NCBI GenBank assembly: GCA_976226885.1
Contig: OZ320315.1
Location: forward strand, 89,404,001 to 89,468,000
Direction: 5' to 3'
DNA: 64,000 bases
Origin: Iphione sp. A-MEVVRFRX5
Lineage: Eukaryota
The notes beneath the pieces are model-generated. The model worked only from the letters and a program-made list of their open reading frames with translations, did not search any database and was not told the DNA's origin. This document shows positions 11,394-20,400 of the stretch, piece after piece (the stretch's first letter is position 1; each line of letters opens with the position of its first letter). Position numbers and translations under genes: made by a program.

Positions 11394-13538
11394 TTATAGG
11401 TGGTATTTATAATCGTATGCCCAAGGTGGAACGTTGACGACTCGTAGGTTTTCGCTGTTGATGTATGACTGTGCTACGTTGTGGTGAGGGACTGACCGCG
11501 ACGCTCGGCTAAGTGCGTCGGGGATGATCATCTGGGCCCCGGGACGGTGCTCGGGTACCAGGAACGCGTGGTGGTGCTCAACATGGTACCAGATGGCTCT
11601 GGCGCAGGCTGCCAGTACGGGGTCCCGTGCGCGACCTGACGCTAGGACTTCGACTGTGGCGGCGTTGTCGCAGAGAAGCCTTACACGTTGGCCCACGTCA
11701 TCGTCTGTGATGAGGAGGCGGGCCGCGGCGAGGCAGTTTATTGCTTCCAATTGCGAAATGTGGTGACCCTCTGCGACGTCTTGTGGCCATTCGAAGCTGT
11801 AGCATGCGACGCCATCATGCGCCCCGGCACCATACAAGCAGGCGTCCGCTGCGATCGTCTTGTGGGGCGTGGCAGGCGGGAAGAATGATATGCCGTTGTG
11901 CGTCTCGGAGAAGTCGCGCAGCCAGCGCAGGTCCGCCCTAAAGTCTTGGTCGACCTCGATAAAGTCGGTGCCCTCTCGTAGCTTGCTCAGGATTCGCGCC
12001 ATAAACAACCTGGCGGCAGGAATCGCCTTCGCGATGTGGTTGATCTTGCCGACTATCGACTGCACTTGGCGCTTGGTCAGTTGCTGGTGGGTCATGGTGT
12101 CGCTGAACAATACTCTGTACTCGGCGAGCTTCGCTCGGGGTATCGCCAGGGTGGCTGTGATCGTGTCCACTCGTATGCCCAGCCAGGTGATTGCTGTTGC
12201 CGGGCCTTGGATCTTCTGTGTGGCGATTGTCAAGCCGAGGTCCTGGAGGAACGCAATGACGTGCTCGACTTGCTTCTTGGCCTGCGCGGCGTCGGGGGCC
12301 ACCAGCACGAGGTCATCCAAGTACATCAGTGCGTCAATGTGGTTCGTGTGTAGCTGGCGCAGGATGAACTCCGCCGCCTTCTGCATGACGGCGGCGCTCA
12401 AGCGGGCGCCAAACGGGAGGGCCGTGTCGATGTAGAATTTCCCGTCGACCTTCAGGCACAGCAGCGGCCAGTCAGCGGGGCACACTGAAAAGTGGCGGTA
12501 TGCCCGCTTGAGGTCAACCACCGCCATGCAGCAGGGAGGGTCGTAGTCTTGGATTCTTCGAACTAGGTCGGTGACTGTCGGGAGTGTGTGCGGGCGCTCT
12601 GCTCCATATATAACGCCCTTCTGCACGTACGCGTTGACTGCTCGGCCAGGCGGGTATGATAGGTCTACGATGACGCGTCGCGAGCCGTCTGCTTTGGGGC
12701 GTGTCATCAGCGGGGCAACCATGCACCACTCGTGGAACGGGGGCTGATCGTAGGGTCCCATAATTGCTCCGAGCCTAATCTCCTCTCTGATGTATTCGGC
12801 TATGGCTCGGGGGTGCGCCCGTGCCGAGGGGTGGTTAGTTGTGTCGGTACGTGAAACAGGGGGACCGGCGTAATGGATGGGAAAACCGTACCTTATGCCA
12901 TCCAGGATCAGCGTGTCATCGTCGTGGCCGGTCGCCGCATTGTCCCAGGCGCGATAGATTAAGGAGGTGTTGAGTGCCAGTCTGGCACCGAGGGCGTTGG
13001 GGTGGCCTAGCCTGGCCACGGTCCGGTAGGTGTTTTCGGCTCGCTGACCGCAGGCCGCTATCATGCGCGGCCATGTCGCTGCTCTGTGTTGTGCTAGTCT
13101 TGCGGAGAACCATGGCTGAGCTTCGCCCTCGGTTGGGTTCGACAGGTGCGTCGCGTTGGTGTATTGAGGGGCAGGGGAGGGTAGCGGTGAGCCGTAATCC
13201 GCGTAATCCTCTCCTGTCCCGCCGCACTCGCTGTCCTTGAGACCATTGTCTTTGGCCGGTGAGCTGGCGTGAGCGTTGTCGGGGGGCATTTGTAGGTCGT
13301 CGTCTTGGTCTGTTACATCATGGGCGGGCAAAGGCGTCTCGGGGGGCTGCCCGCTCGTTAATCCCTCGAGTGCGCGTTTTTTGGCTCGGTCCTTTCGTGG
13401 GTCTTCTCGCGTTGGTCTCTCTTGGGTCTCTCCTTGTTGTCTGGGCGTGAGGTCGTGGCCATTCTCGCCTTTCGTGCGCATTCGGTTGCTGAGTGCTGAC
13501 ATTCTCGGTTGCCTACGCCCATCCAGCACACTGCACAT
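11394..13538 (-). CDS. E1 pol: reverse transcriptase + RNase H (-1 frame relative to gag)
   Basis: VVDLKRAYRHF, ALPFG, YLDDL; RNase H AADAC/QLEAIN/LCDNA/PDALSR; pre-RT PNALGARL...GIRYGFPIHY domain typical of DIRS-order pol. Confidence 0.96.
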   Translation of the reverse strand: MCSVLDGRRQPRMSALSNRMRTKGENGHDLTPRQQGETQERPTREDPRKDRAKKRALEGLTSGQPPETPLPAHDVTDQDDDLQMPPDNAHASSPAKDNGLKDSECGGTGEDYADYGSPLPSPAPQYTNATHLSNPTEGEAQPWFSARLAQHRAATWPRMIAACGQRAENTYRTVARLGHPNALGARLALNTSLIYRAWDNAATGHDDDTLILDGIRYGFPIHYAGPPVSRTDTTNHPSARAHPRAIAEYIREEIRLGAIMGPYDQPPFHEWCMVAPLMTRPKADGSRRVIVDLSYPPGRAVNAYVQKGVIYGAERPHTLPTVTDLVRRIQDYDPPCCMAVVDLKRAYRHFSVCPADWPLLCLKVDGKFYIDTALPFGARLSAAVMQKAAEFILRQLHTNHIDALMYLDDLVLVAPDAAQAKKQVEHVIAFLQDLGLTIATQKIQGPATAITWLGIRVDTITATLAIPRAKLAEYRVLFSDTMTHQQLTKRQVQSIVGKINHIAKAIPAARLFMARILSKLREGTDFIEVDQDFRADLRWLRDFSETHNGISFFPPATPHKTIAADACLYGAGAHDGVACYSFEWPQDVAEGHHISQLEAINCLAAARLLITDDDVGQRVRLLCDNAATVEVLASGRARDPVLAACARAIWYHVEHHHAFLVPEHRPGAQMIIPDALSRASRSVPHHNVAQSYINSENLRVVNVPPWAYDYKYHL

Positions 13539-14671
13539 CGATGGTGAAACGTGGTACCTCCTTCACGATGCTTGTGCGCCTCTGGGCAAGTGGCCATGTT
13601 GTAGGCCAGGCAAGGGACCTCCGGGGGAACTGTCTCTTTCTGGCCTTTGCAGAGGGCGAGTTGTGTCCGCATCTGACTAATTACTGCCTCGTCCTTCCAC
13701 CTCAATGTTCCCTGATTAATCTGGTGGATAACTGTTAGCGACCAGCGCCTAACGTTTTTCCACCTGTGTGTCAGGGAATCCTGTAGTAGCTCTTCCGCGT
13801 GGCAGAGCTGGTACCAGAGCGTCGTCCTCGGGGGGCCCGACAGCCGAATCATCGCGATCAGTCCAATGGCATGTTCAATGGGAGACAAATCGTCAGGGGA
13901 CTCCCTATCTTTAATCTCTTCTGCGAGGTCGAATAGCGTCATGTACGGTTTCCAGAAGGGCACCATTTTCTCTTTTACCGGATCATACACTTGCTTACCT
14001 CGCGTTCGGCGAAATGAAGTGGTAGTCTCGGCCTGCATCGCTTTGTCGACGTACGCCATTGATTCGCGTGGGATGCGTCTGCGTCGGCGGGTGGAGGTTT
14101 CGTCCTCCGATGAGGACGTCCATTCGGAGAGGTCCGTGGAGTCGTCCTCGGACAGGGAGGGGGACGTGGTCGTGTGCCTGCGCCTTACGCGCCGAGAGCG
14201 TTTGTGTACTGCATGAACCGGGCTGCGGCGCTTCACTACTACCTTCTGCTTCGTGCGTCGTCTGCGGCCGGCGTTCTCCCTTTCGCGGCGAGTCTGGTCG
14301 CGCTGTCGGGTTTTCTTCGGTGTCTCGACGTCCCCTGGGTCTTCCGGGCCTTGTGGCACTGGATCGGTGTTGTTGTTTCCCTGCGGTGCTGGCTGGGGCT
14401 GCGGATCCTGCGGCGGAGCTGGATCTTGGTTTCCTTTGGGCTTCGGAGTGTCGTTCTTGCTCTTGCTCCTGCGGCGATCCTTCTTCTGGTGGAGGGCCAG
14501 GAGGATCTCGATGCCCGTCTCCAATCATGCGATCCGTTCCTCTAGCTGGGCGGCCGGTGCCGGGTCTCCGGGGGCCGGGTTCTCCGGCTGAGAACCGCCT
14601 TGGTCGCCGTTACCGCTGGGCCCCGGTACGGGGTCCTCGGGATTTCCTGGATTAGCGTTGTCCATAGACAT
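13358..14671 (-). CDS. E1 gag-like ORF1, interrupted by one in-frame TGA at 14525-14527
   Basis: ATG at 14671 gives MSMDNANPGNPEDP...QLEERIA*LETGIEILL in frame with track ORF 13358..14524 (TTG start); C-terminal Cys/His finger CLAYNMATC...HHRCAVC...HSATEC. Confidence 0.88.
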
Positions 14672-14690
14672 AGCGAGGGCAGGCCTGCAA

Positions 14691-14784
14691 GGTAATCCAA
14701 ACTGTCCGGCGGTTGACCGCGAACTGAGTCACTGTTCGCGGCAGTGTAATGAAACCACGTGACCAACCGTCACGTGGGCCCATT
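14691..14784 (-). repeat. E1 repeat A1 (5' end of element)
   Basis: Reads identical to 10175-10268. Confidence 0.97.
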
Positions 14785-14805
14785 CTCCCCGCTAGACCCA
14801 GGATG

Positions 14806-14954
14806 NNNNNNNNNNNNNNNNNNNNNNNNNNNNNNNNNNNNNNNNNNNNNNNNNNNNNNNNNNNNNNNNNNNNNNNNNNNNNNNNNNNNNNNNNNNNNNN
14901 NNNNNNNNNNNNNNNNNNNNNNNNNNNNNNNNNNNNNNNNNNNNNNNNNNNNNN
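14806..14954. other. Assembly gap (149 N)
   Basis: Run of N starting 21 bp outside the E1 end. Confidence 1.
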
Positions 14955-15257
14955 GGGGGTAATGCAGTGGCTGGCTTCTAGCCATGTATAGGCAGCACTC
15001 TTTGTTCGGCAGTGAATATAGCCGTATTGTTGCCTTTTCCCGGGGTGAATGCTGTGAGGAGGCCATGATCGTCAGTGCTCTAGGCGGGGTCAGTGTGGAC
15101 AGGGGAGACGCCGGGAAGGGGGTGGGGTGGGTGTGTGTGGGTTGGTTGTCTCCCGTTGACAGCATTGCCTTAATGTTGATTGTCAGAGGTGACTGAAGTA
15201 ATATTTTCGTTGATGTTAGCTTAGTTCTGCGAACCACCACTTTACGTTCTGATCAGG

Positions 15258-15590
15258 CCTAATAAAAAAAAGTTTTGCGTTTCCGGTAACCCGACCGACC
15301 CTACATTAGAGCTGATTCGCATATTTTATTTTTTTCTTGTTTTGGGAATATCTCTAGATTGAATGGGGATAGAGACTTGTTCCATACACCATTTTCTTCT
15401 TTGTTGTATTAGCTTTCATACAATATCACTTTCATTAAGATCCATGTAGCAGAAGTGATGTTACCATGTACATTTGTGGCTTTTAGTATCAGATGGCATT
15501 GCTAAAAATGTAAAAAAATACCACCTACCAATCGACCCTTCCTTTTTTGGGCTTGTTACCGAAAACACAGATTTTTTTTCCACCATTAGG
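15258..15590. mobile_element. Non-autonomous inverted-repeat element (MITE-like)
   Basis: CCTAAT-A-run-TGCGTTTCCGGTAAC on the left versus GTTACCGAAAACAC-T-run-ATTAGG on the right. Confidence 0.6.
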
Positions 15591-17401
15591 GGATAATTTT
15601 TGAAAGTGACTAGAGTAGAAACCCTGTAATGCGACCACTGGAAGGACATGCCCATTGTGTCCTTAATGGCGAGCTGCCCTAAAAAGAACCTTTTTTCTTA
15701 TATATTAGATGAAATTGGGACTGGGTAAATTGCCCTTAATTCTGAGTGGCCATCCTAGTTGGGTTCCACATAGAGTGAGTTGCCATCGTATATGGAACTT
15801 GCTGAGGCGACGGCTCATATGTACACACACACATTTGATGGAGAACTCATAATGGCCGCCACCTTTGATGTAGACCTGTCTATTAAAGTATTCGGTAACA
15901 AACGTCCTATGTCTAAGGACTCACTTTTTCTCACACTTTCTATTGATGTGAGCTGCTCTTGCCATCAGCGCCATAGGAGCAGGACGGCGCCCTCTCTGCC
16001 GTTGTTTTTTTTATGCGCTCCTAACACCTGTATTTATGAATTATTACTGTCTCGGCGCCTGTAGAATGCTCTTGACGTGATGCGATATGAATTGGACATG
16101 CTGCGGACTGCCGCACGAAAATTAGATGGGACATACAGAAAAAAAAGGTTCTTCCCAAACAAGAGGCTGAGGGCAACAGTGTCTGCATAGGTTTTCGTGG
16201 CCACCTGGGCCCAGCTGTATATGAATACGTGTATCTCTTTAACTGTGCACATATGTATGAAATATTAATTCCAATTGCAACAGGAAGAGTGAAAATGAAA
16301 AATCTCCCCATAACCAGCATTTTTGGTTCTCTTTCATTGTGTTGATCGTATGGGAATTGTTGGTTATTAAGTAACAATCGAGAGAATGGTTGCATTAAGG
16401 TGGTCTGATGTAGTTTTTTTTTGTCAGGTACTTCTGGTTGTTGGTTAATGAGGGATGACTAGACTCTGTATTGATCAAAGGCAATTATTATACATAACGT
16501 ATCATTGCATCACATTTGACATTTTGTATTCCAGAGCTAATGTTGCTTCAGTTTACAGCTGTGGAAACGTGTGTGCACGATGTTACCATAGAGAATATAC
16601 AACATATAGAGCACAAAATTACTGGGAAAAAGCTAAACCATGTGGGAGCGCCGTAAATCATACTTGGAATTTAATAGGATGATTTGCAGTTCATTACCTC
16701 TGCATCTCTTACCATCCATTGAGATAAACTTTTAAAAGCATAAATGGAGAGAACACTGTTACACGAGCAGCCTTTTCTTTCTCTTACCCTATTGGGAGTA
16801 GGAGAATGATATCACAGATTAATCTCTCTCTTTATTTCTTTTAAATAAAGAAGTGCAAACTAAATCGCGGGCCTGTCAAACACGACACACTTTCCACACC
16901 ACGCGACACACCAATTTCTTGCTGGGGCGGCATAATCACAGAGAACAACGAGTGGCACAACCTAAGATAGATGGGCACATTCAACCCGGACAGCAAATGG
17001 CATAATCAAGCGAAATTTATTAGATATATGATCACCTGATATATGACCAGTCCCTCGGCTACCATACGTCACCGCCCAGCAACTTGCGGAGCGAGTAATA
17101 TGGCTATTACCTGTTCAGCCCGGTGTACACCATCAGACTCGATGCCACCCGACCCGACCCGACCCGACCCAACCTGTCTGCGTTTGGACCTTTATGGGCA
17201 TAATCAGTCCAGACTGAGGTCCTGTACGGGGCACTCGCAGCTCGGCTAGCCGTGGCCAGACCAGTGCAGACAGGACATGTACGTCTACCATACTATCAAT
17301 GTAAGAGGGTAAGCTGTGGTTAGGAGCTGAATACATGTATACATTTCTCACCCCACCCGACCGTTATAAAAACACACGTGTTAGTATGAAAGTGGTCGCT
17401 G

Positions 17402-17404
<3 letters not shown>

Positions 17405-17438
<34 letters not shown>
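17405..17438. repeat. (AT)n microsatellite
   Basis: Direct reading. Confidence 0.97.
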
Positions 17439-17441
<3 letters not shown>

Positions 17442-20400
17442 CCTATATATGTACATGATGCATATATATGTATAGAATTAACTATGTGACGCCCAGTGCA
17501 TTTTCAGATAGTTTAGTGTAGTTTACCGAAGTGTGTTGGGTTGACTGTTGTTTATACTCTCCATTCCAAACACACCCTCCCCCCCCCACACCACCACCAC
17601 CACCACCACGACCCAAGCACTGCTACTCCAGAGCTGCCGTTGAGAGACAGGGGCGGAAGGACAGAGACAAACCGAGAACAAGGCGTCTGGGGCTGGCGGC
17701 GCCTTGGGCAGGCAGCCAGAGAGCCGGAGGGCGTGCGACCGGTCTTGAACCCCCCCAGGGCTGGTCACTTCACATTATCATCAAGTATTGATTGATGACG
17801 GGGGCCGAGACCGATGTTGGCTCGCTGGAGAGGCCGCCCGCCGCTCCGAGAGGCGGCGCCGCCTGCGACCGTTCCCAGCATTTGAGGAGGCGCTCCATTT
17901 TAATATTGACATCTGAATTATTTAAAGATCTCGCAGTGTGACAGGAGAGTAACCCGCGAACACAGAAACACGCAGTACTGTATTTTTTTCGCTGTTGTGG
18001 TTGGGTCCAAGCTGTTTATCCAAAGAAAGGCCATAGAGAAGAGATCAAACGGCACGGCAATGGCCCTAACAAAAACTTCAAACTGAGCGTTTCATCCCAG
18101 TAACTGCGACCCAGGTTTTCAGATGAAGTACTTTTTAAAATCTGTTTTGTTGTTATTTAAACTTGTGCTCTTCAATTTCATCTAAGGTGTCCTCTTTTAA
18201 CGAAATGTAATAACGGTTTTACGTGATGGAGGGGATGGTGTCTCATGAATAGTCACTTCGAACATTTTCTGTCGTCTGCCGACATTTTTGTACCACGGAG
18301 GTAGAACCTGTACATTACCGAGACGCTTCTTAAATCTCCTTAAACCCCAATCGACACAGGAGTACCAATAAATAAAGTAACACACTGTATGCCAAGGTCT
18401 TATCAACGATCCACGTTGTATCAGGATTCTTCACGGAGTTTCCAGTACCAATAACCTACTTGGACTTCTACGCTTTGCAACAATTTAATAAACTGACTGC
18501 ACGCAAAATAACGGCTGATAACACAAAAACGTTGGCTGTGTCTCGTGCAAGAAAACACACAATGTAAATTAAGTTCGAATCCATATCGGAAGCATGCTTG
18601 ACGTCATTACGTGCGTTTTAAACAATAAAAAAAGATTCAGTAAAAAGATACATCCCGGATGGTAGAGTCTAAATTGTAAGTTTGGACGACCCATCCTCAG
18701 AAACTCTCGCAGACAATGTTAGGTTCGTTAGTTGGTCATGCGGTACAAGTATGTGGTGAGTGGGACTAGCACTTTATACTCGTGGTTGTAATACTTGGAG
18801 TTTCTCATGTCGGTTCCTTCATTTCAGGATTCATACGTGCGTTTCTCTCGGTATAAAAAGCAAATGAATTGCACGTATGGGAGGGTAAAAACAAAATTAG
18901 AACAAACTTTGAAAGGGCCGGTTCACCAAATGGGATAGGTTTTTGAAGAGAATAATCGGAGAGATCGCTTGGCTTTCAGTCATCCCGATACATCGAAGAT
19001 CCATCGTGCGTAATTTTTTGATAGGCTGTCAACCAACGAAAACACATCGTGTCTTTCAAAGGTTCTTAAAACTATGTAAAGCAGTGTTTTGTAATATCAG
19101 TTTTCTTAGCCAGCAGTTGATCTGTAAAATTCGCCTGTTTGGGGGTAATAACTCCTCCCACTGTAGAACATCACTGATACGTACCTCCAGCATAGCAGAG
19201 CTGCCTGCTTCCTAGGCCGTTGCAATGCTAAAACCCTCATCTCTGAGGCCTTTAAAATTAGATATTACATGTATATGACAAAAAATACCAAAATCCCTGT
19301 AAAACTTTGTTTATATGCCATCTTCATGCATTCAAATGCAAGTAATTCTGTCTATAGTATTAACACATTTTAATAACCTCCTCATTGACTGTAATGATGG
19401 ACAGCTTTGTTTGACTATGATTCAAATTCCCATGCTTTGTGAAGGGTGCTTCCTGATTCGCCAGATTCACCTGCCACTCAAAATAAGCAATCGCTGAATA
19501 CATACATTAAGATATAACGCTGCATGAGTCAGCAAAACTTAATTTGATTAAGGATGATCAACATATACAGTGACACTAGCTTCATTCCCTTTATGTCCCT
19601 CAGCCTATGGCTATCCTAATATCTCGTCTCTGAGCAGTGCTCGATCTATCTTATTGGACATTGAGCATCTGAGTCAGGTAAAGCCTAGTCTGATATTGAA
19701 AAAATGCGTTGACCATCTCGGTCAGAATCATCACAAAATAGGCAAAAAACAGTCGACCTACACCACAAAGTGTTAACCAATGGTCACTGGATGGATTTTT
19801 AAAAACCTGTCTACGTATTTTGGATAAAATCAGTGAATAGCCACGTGGAGAAATGATGATTTGCATTCCCCCAAAACACATCTAATGCCTTGCGTTTTAT
19901 TTGTCAATTTGATATCTGAAATATTGTTCTGATTAAAAGCTTGAGATTAAGAGAAGCTACTCAGACACTGTCCATTTCCTGCGATGAATGATAAAAACTT
20001 AGGCAGTTTTGTTTCAGTCACAAGCGTGTTGAAAGGTTGCACTTGTTTTTTTTATCATCTCATCCTTGTGAGAAGAAACATGGATGCATGCTTTGGTTTT
20101 CGTGAATAATAGAAAAACTCCGATGTACTTTCAAGAGCCGATATTTAAATTCAGTTCTCGCGTTTCTTCCCACTGAAGTCTCTCATCCGTGTTCTCAAAG
20201 GTAAAAAACGACAGGCCACTGGTCTATATCTACACACATGTACGTGATTGATTGAAACGTACGGTTTATTTGTATGGTCACCCCATTAAAATGATATAGA
20301 CATAATTGGATGTAGCTTTGGGGAGGCATCAATTGCCCACGTTTAAGAAGCCTTCTCTTCTCTGATAGCGACATTTCTTCTACACGTATTAGCATCTTCA

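Larger units (their letters stand above)
9943..14784 (-). mobile_element. E1: full-length Ngaro/PAT-type tyrosine-recombinase (DIRS order) retrotransposon
   Basis: gag, RT/RNase H and YR ORFs in order; split direct repeats A1-ORFs-B1-A2-spacer-B2; no inverted terminal repeats and no methyltransferase domain seen. Confidence 0.96.

Noticed and set aside
13995-14528. 177-aa ORF starting at 14528
   Set aside because: Its ATG is created by the same C-to-T change that makes the gag TGA; the sequence is low-complexity.
14612-14614. Alternative early gag donor GCG|GTAACG for E1 YR splicing
   Set aside because: Phase-compatible but weak; the 13999 donor is stronger and has a positional counterpart in E2.
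10426-14766. Many 60-200-aa antisense and alternate-frame ORFs within E1
   Set aside because: Expected from high GC (few stops); no motifs; they shadow the real ORFs.
14749-15240. ORFs running through the N gap
   Set aside because: Artefacts of ambiguous bases.
16939-17015. Penelope GIY-YIG tail-like text (ENNEWHNLR*MGTFNP)
   Set aside because: Too short and disrupted to call without an HMM search.
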